Below the pieces are notes generated by a model. The model saw only the letters and a program-made list of their open reading frames with translations. It had not been told where the DNA came from and did no database searches. The translations under genes were made by a program, and so were the position numbers. 64,000 nt of DNA from Octopus vulgaris (taxonomy: Eukaryota): contig OX597818.1 in NCBI GenBank assembly GCA_951406725.2, forward strand, positions 133,052,001-133,116,000, written 5' to 3'. Positions 11,801 through 26,800 of this stretch are shown here, one piece after another. Position 1 is the stretch's first letter. Every line of letters starts with the position of its first letter.

Positions 11801-14017
11801 TTTCCACTCTTAAATAATGAAGAAACAAAATAGAGTTTGCATCCATATAATTTTTTTCCTTCTTCACCATGGTGCTGCACAAGTTTATAAGTTTAAAACC
11901 ATCTTAATTTCATTAAACAGGAAAAGCCCATCTCTCCTTTGTTAATTCTAGAGTAATCCCCATCAAGAAGAAGGTTGCTAGACCCCTCTCTGTAAGAACT
12001 CTAATCTACAGGTACTACACCTAAAACCTGATTCAATGTGTCAGGCAGTACTTAACAGGTTATCTATGGCCTAAGTCACTGCAAACTGAAACCCATTACA
12101 AGAACCTGATATTTTATGTAAATGGTACCTTTTGGAAATGATAAAGGAATTGATAGTCTTACTAAAAGGAATATAAAAGACAGGGTACTTAAAAAGAATA
12201 TTAAAAGCACAGGTAATGGAACCTATATAATATTCGATAACAATGGTAATTTATCTTATCTCCCAACCACTACTACATTAAAAAAAAATGGTAAGCAAAA
12301 TTTGGTTTTCCACCAGGTAGATGTACAGTATATCTAGAACAATATTTCTGCAGACATTTTGCACTCCTACTGATGTACAGAACATAAGTGTAAATCATCA
12401 TGGCTGACTTGAGGTTAAGCAAAACAGTACGGAGATATTGACTAAAACTGAGATATGTTGCTTTACGTGATGATAAAAATTAATAATTTTAATTCTATTT
12501 TTAATAAAATATTGAGCAATACAAAATCTGTCTTATACATATGGTTTAAACAATTATATTGTAATTTTTTTCTTTGTATATATCTTAATTTTTAATATCT
12601 GCATAGCAATATTTTATCTACTCTAGAAGAATAGATAAAATACCAGAAATAACTAAGGCTAGATGCAAGACTACAATTAGCTTGGTATTTATTTCAATTA
12701 GATAAAATAAATACCAGCAATATACAATGTTCCTTCAAATGTTTAATTCACCACCACCTCCTACCACAAATCAACTGAAAACCACTATAACTGGCCCTTA
12801 CATTTTGTCCACTTGCAACAAGGGTTATTATAAAAACAGACATTACATGGAAACTATGCAGTTCCCAAATTTTGTATTTTTAGGTGTATTTAACCTTGAT
12901 TGAGGTTGGCTTAGATTTTCATTTTTAAAATTTTTTTTATCACATCTCACATTTTTATAATTCTCATCAGTTAAGTTCTTATTGATTAAAATTTCAGGGG
13001 ATTAAAATTTCAACATCCTACACTCTTTTAACGAGCTGCTGTTTTGGCATCACATATCTAACACTATTAAACTCTAATTTTCTTTTAAATCAAAGAATGC
13101 AGTAACTATTTCAGACATATTTTCTTTACAGAACTGTTTTTACTCATTGTTATTGAAAGGCATTTGTATCCGCAACAATCCTACCTTGTTCACAGTTCAC
13201 CATGTTTGAGTTAAGATATAATTTTACTTGTCAAGGTATTACAATAGGAAGATATAAATACTATTAATGTAGATATCATTTTCATTAAAATGCTGTTTTC
13301 CTTTTATATATAAACTCTAAATAGAGTACCAGCCAATAAATATGCATGGATTCGGTATTGTTATGTATATTTGATGTTCTTAAGTAAATCATTTAATCTA
13401 AAAATCATCATTTAAACAAAAAAAATTATTAATTTCTATGTGAGAATAATATAGACAAAATGTACATGAATAAAACTCTGCAGATTATTGCGACAATAAA
13501 TATCAGTTTAATTACACTTAGCTGACTTCATTGACCTTATCATATTAGAAGGAGTCAAAGTATTGAATGAAAGACAATTTAATTAACTAATCATTAATTT
13601 AAAGTTATTAGCAGTTTCTTAAATGTTTCTTAAATATTTACCTTAAATATAAGCATGAGAAAGAAAGTGAAGACATTAATTGAGGCATCATCAGCTGCTA
13701 ACAAATAATTGATGATTACAAAGCTTATAACATTTTGTTCTGCTCGCTAACTAAAAACATGTGAAGAATCTCATACACTTACACTAATTTCTTGATCTTT
13801 TCCCTTCATCTCGGTCTTGTATTATTTGAGAAATTAGACATTTAATTACTTTCTTTTTGTTGGTTTCCAGGAGAGCATTAACTTATTTGATTTGTCATTG
13901 AAATATTAAACTTGACAAATGTGTTCCAGTTTTGTAAACACTTGCCAGTCGCTATCATTGCTTCCATTTATTTATTTATTTTGAACTCTTTTCAGTAATT
14001 TGAAAAGTGATCACCAT

Positions 14018-14430
14018 ACTCTCTTTTACTCTTTTACTTGTTTCAGTCATTTGACTGCGGCCATGCTGGAGCACAGCCTTTAGTCGAGCAAATCGACCCC
14101 GGGACTTATTCTTTTGTAAGCCCAGTACTTATTCCATCGGTCTCCTTTGCCGAAACCGCTAAGTGACGGGGACGTAAACACACCAGCATCGGTTGTCAAG
14201 CAATGCTAGGGGGACAAATACAGACACACAAACACACACACACATACATATATATATATACATATATACGACAGGCTTCTTTCAATTTCCATCTACCAAA
14301 TCCACTCACAAGGCATTGGTCGGCCCGGGGCTATAGCAGAAGACACTTGCCCAAGATGCCATGCAGTGGGACTGAACCCGGAACCATGTGGTTGGTTAGC
14401 AAGCTACTTACCACACAGCCACTGCGCCTA
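14018..14430 (-). mobile_element. SINE family A, full length
   Basis: Reverse complement of family A, flanked by ACCATA direct repeats. Confidence 0.9.
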
Positions 14431-14855
14431 TGAACCATATAACAGGTTCTTTTCTTTGTGTGTGTTTTTTTTTGTTTTTTGAACACCTTACAAATGGAAT
14501 ATGCTTATTTGCTACTCCAGTCTCAAACTAAAATCTAGAGAATTGAACAGAGTTGAGAAGATCACCCAGACATGGAAACCATGCCAAAACTGAGATATTT
14601 GAGAGAGACATGATCCCCAGATCTGTTGGAAGGTGTAAAAACAATCCACTCCTCACAAATATGAATGAAAACTGAACTTAAAAGAAAATGGAAAGCAGGA
14701 GGAGGGAGGAAGAAAAGGAATGCGATGATGATGATGACAGAGAGGAGGAGGAGGAAAAGGAGTATGATGATGATGAGGAGGCAGAAGGGGAGGCTCCACT
14801 AAAGGAAGCCAACGACCAGAAGTAGCGTTAAACCAAATGTCAGATTAACATAAAT

Positions 14856-16297
<1,442 letters not shown>

Positions 16298-16679
16298 ATA
16301 TCCATCAACTATTCCAAGTCACTCAATTTTGTATTTTGTCAATAATTTGTAGTCACAAAGATATGGATTTGAAGAAAGCCATGAAAGATGCTGGTCTCAA
16401 GTTTGGATTTATGCTACTTTCACTTTCCTTTCCTTTATATTTTCATTAAATATATACGTGAATATTTGCTAAGTACACACAATGTTTATGTATATTAGCT
16501 AAATATATACACTTTTCGTTGAATATTAGAGAACAGCATTTATATACAATGTACAATGTTTGTTTTATGCCCACTAATTACATACAACATTTGCATATAT
16601 TTGCTAATTATGTACAACATTTATCTTACATTGGTTAAATATGTACAGTGTCTGTGTATATTTTTGTAATGCATCACTT

Positions 16680-16874
16680 ATATCTTTTCCTTGTTTTGGT
16701 CATTACACTGAGACTAAGCTGTGACTGTCTAGGAGAGTTTAGTTGATCAAATTGACAACAGCACATTTTTTTTAAAGCCTGGTACTCGTCCTATTGGGTT
16801 CCTTTTGTCGAACTGCTAAGTTATGAGAATGTAAACAAACCAACACTGATTGTCAAGTAGTGATGGCAAACAAC

Positions 16875-16919
<45 letters not shown>

Positions 16920-17075
16920 GGGCTTCTTTCAGTTTCTGTTAATCAAGTCTCCTCACAAAGACTTTGGTCAGCCCAGGGCTATACTTGAAGAGACTTGCTC
17001 AAGATGCCATGCTATGGGAATGAACCAGAAACCATGGGGTCGGGAAGCAAACTTGTTACCACACGACCACTCCCA
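16680..17075 (-). mobile_element. SINE family A, old and degenerate
   Basis: Diverged reverse-complement match with an internal (CA)n. Confidence 0.75.
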
Positions 17076-17094
17076 CCACTACTGCCACCACCAC

Positions 17095-17330
17095 CACCAT
17101 CATCATCATCACCATCATTTTAGGCTTGTTTTCTATTCTTCCATGGTTTGGGCTATTTGACTGGCTCCAACAGAATGGAGGACCATGTCATGCCCCAGTG
17201 TCTCACTCTTTGCATGGTTTCTATGAGTAGACCTAATGCCAACTACTTTACAGAGTGTACTGGTTGCATTTTGTCATGGCACGAAGTTTGCTTTGTCTTC
17301 AGCAAGGCTAAAGAGGCCACTCAAGCCCTG
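17095..17330 (-). mobile_element. Family C tail, degenerate
   Basis: (CAT)n followed by CCTAATGCCAACTACTTTACAGAGTGTACTGG. Confidence 0.65.
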
Positions 17331-17503
17331 AGTTGTCACTGCTTGTATCAATTACCAACTCCTTACAGAGTGACATTTGTGGCACAAGCAGTAGTGTGTC
17401 TATGTGCAAGGGGATCTCATCTTGTAGTTGGTAAAATGAAAGAAGTTCCCTATGATGGATGGAGCAGATTTATTGTTGTAAGAGGGTGGGAAGGGAAAGA
17501 ATA

Positions 17504-17733
17504 TATTTCTTTACTACCCACAAGGGGCTAAACACAGAGGGGACAAACAAGGACAGACAAACGGATTAAGTCGATTACATCGACCCCAGTGCGTAACTGG
17601 TACTTAATTTATCGACCCCGAAAGGATGAAAGGCAAAGTCGACCTCGGCGGAATTTGAACTCGGAACGTAACGGCAGACGAAATACGGCTACGCATTTCA
17701 CCCGGCGTGCTAACGTTTCTGCCAGCTCGCCGC
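17504..17733 (-). mobile_element. tRNA-derived SINE family B, full length
   Basis: Head GCGGCGAGCTGGCAGAAACGTTAG...GAGTTCAAATTC, central GCCTTTCATCCTTTCGGGGTCGATAAATTAAGTACCAG, 16-bp TSD GGGAAGGGAAAGAATA at 17488-17503 and 17735-17750. Confidence 0.92.
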
Positions 17734-17964
17734 AGGGAAGGGAAAGAATAACAGAGGGAACAGTGTCAGGGTGGGAAAATAGAGACAAGAGAGAGGGAAA
17801 GAGGAAGAGTAATATTAATGATTGGTGTGAAGAAGAATGGCAATGGAGTGGGTTGAGCAAGTGGATCCAGTGATATGGTGTGTCCATCCACTCACCATGA
17901 CAACTAGAATTGGATGGTTCAGCAGAATCCAAGACAAATCTTCTTGGAGTTTCACAGGTTTAGC

Positions 17965-18303
17965 ACCCATGCGGTTCCATGTAAAAGTGCCTGTGTTGTG
18001 TCACATAAAAGTGGCCATGTGGTGCCATGTAAAAGAACCCATGTGGTACCATGTAAAAGAACCCATGTGGTACCATGTAAAAGAACCCATGTGGTACCAT
18101 GTGGTACCATGTAAAAGAACCCATGTGGTGCCATGTAAAAGCACCCAGCACACTCTGTAAAGTGGTTGGCATTAGGAAGGGCATCCAGCTGTAGAAACCA
18201 TCAGACTGGAGTCTGGTGCAGCTCCCCCAGCTTGCCACCTCTGGCCAAACTGTCCAATCCATGCCAGCATGGACAATAAACGTTAAATTGTGATGATGAT
18301 GAT
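17965..18303 (+). mobile_element. Family C tail with an internal 24-bp tandem array
   Basis: (CATGTGGTACCATGTAAAAGAACC)n at 17968-18145, then AGGAAGGGCATCCAGCTGTAGAAA...CGTTAAA(TGA)n. Confidence 0.85.
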
Positions 18304-18527
18304 ACAATGTTTGTGCATATTGTTTATACGGATGAAAACTAAATGAGAAAGGAAATTATACAACAAAGTATCAAAATAACTAAACTTACGACAAAGCATT
18401 AAAACTGGTAAAGGAAAATAGTCAAAGCAAAAAGCAAGATTATCTTTCAGTTTACAACAGAAAATGCAACTGCAGAGGAGAAAATTAATCGCTTTTATGA
18501 TGAAAAAAATTTTTTATATTTTTATCA

Positions 18528-18953
18528 CAGGCACAGACATAGTTTGTGTGGTTAAGAACACAGTGACAACACAGGGCTTGAGAACCTTACTTAGCAACCA
18601 TGTAGTTTCAGGTTCAATCCGTCTGTGAGGCACCTTGGATAAGTGTTTCCTACTATTGCCTGAAACCAATGAAAGTCCTGTATGTAGATTTGGTAGACAG
18701 AAAGTGAAAGATACCTATCGTATATGTGTACGTGTGTTTGCATTACCTGTCTTGATATAGTGTGATAGTTGCAAATGATTGTCACTGCTATACAAGTAGT
18801 GTCATTCATTTGTAATCATGTCTTGAATTGGAAAAATATTACTTTGCTTGGAAATAAGTGAAGCATGGTGACAGGAATGGTATCTGGCCGTAGAAAGCCT
18901 ATCTGACCCATGCAAGCTTAGAAAAGTGGATGTTAAAACGTTGATAGTGATGA
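18528..18953 (+). mobile_element. Old SINE with an A-type head and a C-type 3' end
   Basis: GGTTCAATCC...CACCTTGGATAAGTG head, a different middle, and an ACAGGAATGGTATCTGGCCGTAGAAA...GGATGTTAAAACG end. Confidence 0.7.
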
Positions 18954-19210
18954 AAATTATGATGGCTGTCATGATAGCTTTGTTCTGTGGCCCTGAGAAT
19001 TAGTGGCGTTAATGCTAGAGATATTCCAGCATGAAGTGATTAAGTTTCATTAGATAAATTCAAAGAACATAGATTTCCTCTGTGTACGTGAAGACATTTT
19101 CATTTGGCATACACCAGAGTGTAAAACATGAACTTGATAAGGAATAAGTGATGTTACACTGGGTGTTTTTTGAAAGATACAAGTAGAATTATTGTATGAT
19201 GTACATAGAT

Positions 19211-19385
19211 AGGCGCAGGAGTGGCTGTGTGGTAAGTAGCTTGTTTACCAACCATGGTTCCGGGTTCAGTCCCACTGCGTGGCATCTTGGGCAAGTGTCT
19301 TCTGCTATAGCTCCGGGCCGACCAATGCCTTGTGAGTGGATTTGGTAGACGGAAACTGAAAGAAGCCTGTCGTATATATGTATAT
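19211..19385 (+). mobile_element. SINE A 5' half
   Basis: Head only; ends at the central TA tract. Confidence 0.85.
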
Positions 19386-20535
19386 CCATTAAAGATTTTG
19401 CTGGTCTTATTGAATCACTACACCCCACCACCGAACTTTCAAGTAAGAAAAGGTAACAAACTACAAATATCACAATGCAGCAAAGTTCTTAATACTACAG
19501 ACTGCTTGCAAATGTTCTTGGGGTAGCAGGCCTAATTCCAATGCCCAGCATAACACCACGACTTCGGGTACTTTTATAACAATAAATAAATGTAAAAATA
19601 TATAAAGCAAGGTCATGCTACAGAAGTAACCAGGCTATTATGATGTTGATGAGTTGTTTTCTTTCTCCCTTCCCCAACCCCAGTCTCAGAGGTTATGTAA
19701 AGATTATGGACATTATCTTTCTTCCTTGGACTAAAACATACAAAAATTTTTTAAAAAAACATGCTCCAGCATGGCCACAGCTCGTGAGCTGAAACTAGAT
19801 AAACTAAAATAAAATAAAATACATCCACAAACCTCATACACAATGACATGAAACAAGAAATGCACAACCCTGAGGCAATGATGGCGCCTCTGTGCAGTCA
19901 CTTAAATTGCAAGAGATAGCAACCAAATCTCTCTTGAAACCAAATACTCTCAAAATAGAAAGGAAATGGCATGCTAAACATTGTAGATCTAGATACTACT
20001 AAAAAAAGATTGGATGGTCATGACTGGATTATAAAGTTAATGGGGCTAAACAACAGCAACAATGAAATGCTTAAAATAAAACAAAACAACTTGGACATGT
20101 GAGAGGCACAGTGTGTTATTTCAACAAGATCAACCCTCTCAGTCAATGCCATTATATGCATAATCACTCTCCCCTACACATCCAGGTACATCTTCAGTAT
20201 ATCATATTACAGCTACAAAACCAGTCAGGTAAACAAAAAAACAAAGCAGACTTTAAAATAGCAGTACCATCTATGCTCCCTTTAACTCCAAATGCATTGA
20301 TGTTTGTTCTATAACTGAGAGAATTAAAATTTGTTATACTCTAAATGAGTTCACCTTGCCTGTTTCTGCTTTAGATGCAACACTTGAATCTACAGGCAAA
20401 CAAACATAGACCAGATAGAAGAGAAAAAAAATGTGTCCAAATTGTGACACCATACTTTATGCAGTAAACTACACACTGGAGGGAGTGTTGACTGCGGTCA
20501 CCCATTAGACAGAAACATTATATATCTAAAATAAT

Positions 20536-20950
20536 GGAGTGGCTGTGTGGTAAGTAGCTTGCTTACCAACCACATGGTTCCGGGTTCAGTCCCACTGCGT
20601 GACATCTTGGGCAAGTGTCTTCTGCTATAGCCCCGGGCTGACCAATGCCTTGTGAGTGGATTTGGTAGATGGAAACTGAAAGAAGCCTGTCGTATATATG
20701 TATATATATACATATATATGTATGTGTGTGTATATGTATGTGTGTCTGTGTTTGTCCCTCTAGCATTGCTTGACAGCCGATGCTGGTGTGTTTACGTCCC
20801 CGTCACATAGCAGTTCGGCAAAAGAGACCGATAGAATAAGTACTGGGCTTACAAAGAATAAGTCCTGGGGTCGATTTGCTCGACTAAAGGTGGTGCTCCA
20901 GCATGGCCGCAGTCAAATGGCTGAAACAAGTAAAAGAGTAAAGAGAGAAA
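20536..20950 (+). mobile_element. SINE family A
   Basis: Near-identical to other copies. Confidence 0.9.
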
Positions 20951-22527
20951 GAGAGGATATATGGAGTGAACAGAGGTTTTTTGCTCAACTGCCTACACAC
21001 CATAGGTTTGGTGATTTAGCACTAGTCTTGAGGTACACAGCTAAGGAAAGCTAGTGTTTAGCAGTGATACAAAAGAGACAGAGTAAAGAAAACTTACACC
21101 TTGTTGAGTGAGAACAGAGCTAAATCTTCAGGGGAGTTCTTAATTGACTAGAAATGTAAGAGGTTCTGTTCTGTAAACATCTCCAACTTATGTTTTAGTA
21201 ATAAACCTGATATCCAGGGAAAGAATCACAAAACGAAAGGGTGAATCAAACTATTTTCTATTGATTTAAAAATGCTTTCTTTTGGTATCTGACGCACAGA
21301 CTTATTAACTTTGTAATACATAGATCACTTCTCTTGGAATTTCAACTGATAAAGAAATTTGACCCTTATTGGCATGGAATACAATGCATTGACCTTTTGC
21401 ACCAGTTGCTTTTACTTCACAACAAAAATGTTAGTAGCAATTGCATACATAATTAAAAATGTTGTTGATGTTAACCAATTGAACAATATATATTGAACAT
21501 TTAAAGAAAACAAAACCTGCAAATTCATGATTGTTGCAAATTGTTAAGGGAAAACATTGGAATAAAATCACCAGATTGTTTTACTGAATAACTTATTATT
21601 TTTTCATTAAAACACTATTTTCGCCATTATTTTTTAACAATGCGTTGTGTTATTTTTTTTAGATGAATCTTTGTTTTTATTTTAATCCATCAAATATTCG
21701 CTATATTTCAGTCAACAAAATGAATGTTTCAATCAGCTTCAAACATTACACATGTCACCGATAACTACTGTTATATTTTAGTGTGGACTTAAATTTTAAT
21801 CAATTTGGATTAAAAAGATAAATCACAGTTCTGTATTAATTTTAACACAACCCAGCTGGAGCTTTTATTTGTTACTATGGATCTCAAAAAATTATGTAGT
21901 AATAAGTGTAGTAATGAGGAATAACAGATCCAGTTTAAAATTTTTGGTTGATAAATTTCTGTTTCTCAGATGAAGGCACAAAAACTCAGATGCCTCTTCT
22001 ATAGCATACAAACTTTTTCAAACTCTTAAGCTTTTCTTCTTAATTTTTCTGGTAAGACATGCGAGTAGACTGTGTTTAATTACGTCTTAACATAATTTAA
22101 ACTAGCAATCTGATTATTTCTAAAAATGTAAATTCAACTCTATGAGTTCTTTAGTAGATTATCATAAGAGACCATCATATTTTTCTCATAAATAATCCAA
22201 TATTTTGAGATTATTTCTATTAAAATTTTGATTATTTACTAAAGCATAACTTGGAGAGGAGTTAGTTGATAATTGTAAGGTTTAAAATCAGTGATTTTCA
22301 GATAGAATTATTTAAGCATTACCGATATTACAAATATTGCCAAAACATATTTAACACTCTAACAGATTTAACCAAAGTCTAAATAATAAATTTTAAATTC
22401 CTTTTTGTAATAACCAACTCTTCAAATTAAGCTGAAGCAAATAATCATAATATTCATAGGAGAAAATCACAAAATGAAGATGTATATCAAACTATTTTGA
22501 ATTGATCTGGAAAAAAATTTCTTCATA

Positions 22528-22597
22528 AAGGCGGTGCTCCAGCATGGCCGCAGTCAAATGACTGAAACAAGTAAAAGAGTAAAAGAGTAAAGAGTAT
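22528..22597 (+). mobile_element. SINE A 3' tail only (5'-truncated)
   Basis: AAAGGCGGTGCTCCAGCATGGCCGCAGTCAAATGACTGAAACAAGTAAAAGAG. Confidence 0.85.
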
Positions 22598-24736
22598 ATC
22601 TGCTACACAGATTTATTACACCATAAGCTCCTGTATAATTCCCCTCTGAATGAAAATAACATGTAAGATTCAAAACTCATAATTTCTAAATCAAACTTAT
22701 GAATTGATACTCTTTAATTATATTGCAACTTTTCAAAATAATCTTCATAATATTGAGCCAACTTGGATATCCCTCCATGGCCAATCAATCTGTTATAAAT
22801 AACAGCTAAATGTCCTTTAATCACACCATATTGTCTTTAAAATATTTTACACTATGTAATTAGAATTATTAAGTATAAGATGCTTTACTAAAGAAGACGT
22901 GATGCTTATAGTTAAAACAGTTTTAATAATAGCTGTTCTCAGTTAGGGCCAATCTGAAGCTAAACAACAAAAAAACCCTCTTGATAAATATTCTCATATT
23001 TCAATATTCCACTAAACAGTTGATAATCACACAGTGTTAGTATTCTATTAAGTGGTACTACCCTTCACATTTCCCCTCTTGTATAAAAATCAGCTGGCCC
23101 TCATATCGTTAGGTAGATATATGTTTTTCCTATGTTATTATGAGCAACAGATTTGAAAGGACTTCAGCACATTTTGTGTCTTCTTAATTCTCTTTGTCTT
23201 CAGTATTGGATAACATCTTTGCAGAACATCCTCAAAAGTAGAAAACTTGATGTATTTGATAGCTAAAAGAGATCCTTAAATATATTGAAATATTTTGAAT
23301 GAATAAACAAAGATATAAACATCTTATCAAACAATTTGAATACTTACAGATGTTTCCAAACAAACCAACACAAGATCATGATGTATAGATTTTTTTTTTT
23401 AGTAGCTTTGATAGTTTTGAAATGAAGATAATATATGAAATCCTATTGAAAACTGAAAGTAATTTTTTTTAATATATTCCAATGGATTTCAGTGAACACA
23501 CACACCACTCCCTTCAAATATAATTTCAAGTAGAATAAGGATTTCTTAGAATTTAAGGAGAAGCTATAAATATAACTCTGGTATATTCTGTATAGTAAAT
23601 TGAGAAACTATTTTTGTCTATCTCCTTTCAGATACAATTTTTTTTGTTAAAGATTAAATAAAAAAATTCATATTCAAAAAATTCAGAAATAGGACTCAAT
23701 TTCTTTTGAAGTTGAGTATTTTGAACAGAAAATAATTTGTTATTACAAATATGTCAGCAATTACTACATGCTTTTTTCAGGAATGCTCAAGGTTGTATTG
23801 ATGGCCTTTTGTCATATTTCTATAATTTGATTCCATTTGACTGGTTTCAGCAATTACGACTTTACATGGGGACTTATCACTATCATTCCTACAACCATCT
23901 GTTCCTTAAGAATCCATCTCTAGAATACATCTTCCTTTTTCAGCTGCAGTTTCAATCGGATTTTCATCTATATGCTTCACATGAAAGAAAAATTGAATTG
24001 AAATTCAAAATTTGAATTCAAACTGATTATTACAGAATCAATCCAAAATGAATTGCTTGTATATACTAGAATTCTATTTACTCACAATGAAATCTTTTTA
24101 ATTCAAATTGACAATCTAAAGAAGTTTATACATTTTATATAAAATTCTTAATTCAATTTGCCATTTTAATGACTTAAACTTAGTATTGTATTAAAGAAAA
24201 CTTGAAAGTAGTAAGAAAAAACTTGCAGATAAGCAAAGAATTTCCTTTGTTGGATATACACTATTAAACCTAAGATATGTTCTTAGGTGTATATTGGGTT
24301 TCTAAAGCTTTTGTAGAAAGTATAAATACATTATTTAGAATATAAATTTTCTATTTTTATTGGGATATCTTTAAATTATCAATGACAAAGACTTAGTCTA
24401 AATTTGATTTTCTCACTGAATCACTTTGAAATAGTGTGGTTGTGATGAAAGCTTCTTTCTGCCAGTTTTATTCCAATAGAAATAACAGAAAAACGTACGA
24501 GGTAATCAACATCGCTACTGTTTATAAATGAATTGGATAAGAATGATGTAAGGATATTTTACTTCAATTTTATATTTAAAACAAAAATTTAAGATCCCCA
24601 AAAAGTCTTCAAAATTTTTCCATTATTGTAAAAATATTTCTTTTTGATATCTGTATGCATGTGCATACACATATTGTATATATCTTATGTATATCTTTAT
24701 ATTGTTTTTTACATTATATATTTTTATATATTTCAT

Positions 24737-24767
<31 letters not shown>

Positions 24768-25402
24768 GTATAAACACACACACACATATATAAATTCAAG
24801 ATATATGTATGAACACACTGCATTTGAAGTTGGTGATGTAATATACGGTGAAATTGTTTTCAAATATTTATAGTGTCAAATTTTGGGAAATTCTATCTGA
24901 TATATATAATTTAATAAAAAGCTAAACCAGTCAAATTTTACTTTGATAATTCTTGAAAAACCTTCAGCTCACATTGATACACATAATAAAATCACAAAAA
25001 AATTCATGTTAGAATTTTACAATATTTTCTCCCTTTCTGTTTAATAAATTAAAACAAAATAAAAAAATAAAGTTGGTAAATTCTTTATAACATTCAAAAA
25101 TAAAAAGATATGTAATTTTCATATTTTTCTTTACATTTTCACAGTTTTGTTTTTTGTTTTATTTAAGAATAGGAGACCATCATTGAAGGTGGATGTGCTT
25201 TTTATTATTTTTTTTTTAAAAAAACGGTCAAAATGAACTCTGTTTTATAGAATGGTTTCATATATTTCTCAAGTACATTTATAAATAATCTTTCAGCTCC
25301 AGTGGATTTTAAGAATGTAACACAATTTAAAATCTCTATATTTGTAGCATTAGAGATGTTCATCCATGGTATTTCTATTTTTTAGCTGCATTCACACATA
25401 TG

Positions 25403-25462
<60 letters not shown>

Positions 25463-26361
25463 CCTACAAATATATTCAGTCAATATTTTAAAATGGCAAA
25501 TAATAGAGAAAACTTATCAAGATATCTAATCAAAAGTATTCACATTGGTGATGTATTTAAAACATGGATGTGACAATAGGTCTGTGTGTGTGAGAGTGAG
25601 AGAGAGACAGAGATAGAGTCAGACAGACAGACAGAAGACAAAGAAAGTGATGCATAATATAACAGAGCATATCCTCTTCCCCAGGCTTGAATTTTCTGAT
25701 ATAAAGTATAAGTGAAGTGAAGAAGCTCAATACAGAATTGAACTCGTGTTAAAGACTTAGACCATAAGGTACTTATCCTCAATTCATTGCGTTTTCTGTG
25801 GTCTAATTATACAATAATATAAACAATAGAAGTATATGATGAAACATAATCTAAAGATACATAAATTTAAGTAGAATATTCAGTCACTGCCACTAGGTAA
25901 AAAAAAGAGATAGGTTACCATGTCACACATAAATCTCATGAATTGATTCAAATAAAATAATATATGTAACTTAAGCACCATTTAAAAATATCAATTTTCC
26001 TTTGATATCTTTTGATCAGCCATCCATTTGTATAGGTTTGTGGTATAGGGAATAATAAAGTCATTTGTTTACATTTCTCTTTCCTGCACTAAATAAATTG
26101 GTGATTTCAGAGTGAAATGGGGTTATTTTTTTTTTTTTTCTAGTATCACCTATAATATCATGGCACAAAATGTTTAAATCAGAACTCAGATTCATATTAA
26201 CATTTCAAACTAAAGTTACTAATTTTGATTTGTTTTTTTTTTTAACACATTACTAATTTTGATGTGTTCTGATTGGTAGGATTTAGTATTATTTTCTTTT
26301 TTAAAATTCTTTCTTACCAAGATAAATTTAAAAACAATAATATCACATTTCATAATATTAT

Positions 26362-26800
26362 CCCTTTAGCATCCAGGTTACACTGTTAAATGTAATGCCT
26401 AATTTTTTTCCCTTTGTTTTGAATTAATCATACATTACGTCATAGCTTCAAGATTTTGATGAGGTGATTGGTTATTTTACAATAACATTATAGGGTAGGT
26501 GCGAAAGGCTAGATCTAGCCAGTTTGAGCATAAAACAGGTAGACCATTTTGACCAAATAAGGTGGGTTTAACCCTTTAGCATTTAAACCAGCCATATCCG
26601 GCCAAAAGTATTCTGCCTGTTCAAACTGGCCATATCTGGTCTCTCACACCAACCCTACAATATCATCTTAAAAATTAACAGCTACCTCATCAAAATCTCA
26701 TAGCTACAAGATAATGCATGATTAGTTCAAAACAATGTGGATAAAAAAGGATTAATTTTGGCAGAATAATGTGAAAACTAAAGGGTTAAATGCTAAAGAG
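26362..26800. mobile_element. Nested piggyBac-type MITEs (inner copy 26572-26785)
   Basis: Inner copy TTAA|CCCTTTAG...CTAAAGGG|TTAA. Outer copy CCCTTTAGCAT...ATGCTAAAGAG has its internal sequence in the opposite orientation. Confidence 0.8.

Noticed and set aside
12122-12337. 71-aa ORF with an internal GTAAG donor
   Set aside because: In-frame stop directly upstream, no recognisable homology and no partner exon.
21970-22051. Strong acceptor and donor pair on the plus strand
   Set aside because: Stops in all three frames. It could only be a non-coding exon, which cannot be supported from sequence alone.
23120-23262. Minus-strand acceptor followed by IKYIKFSTFEDVLQRCYPILKTKR...QICCS*
   Set aside because: Short, with no upstream exon or homology. 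The CC end is compatible with chance.
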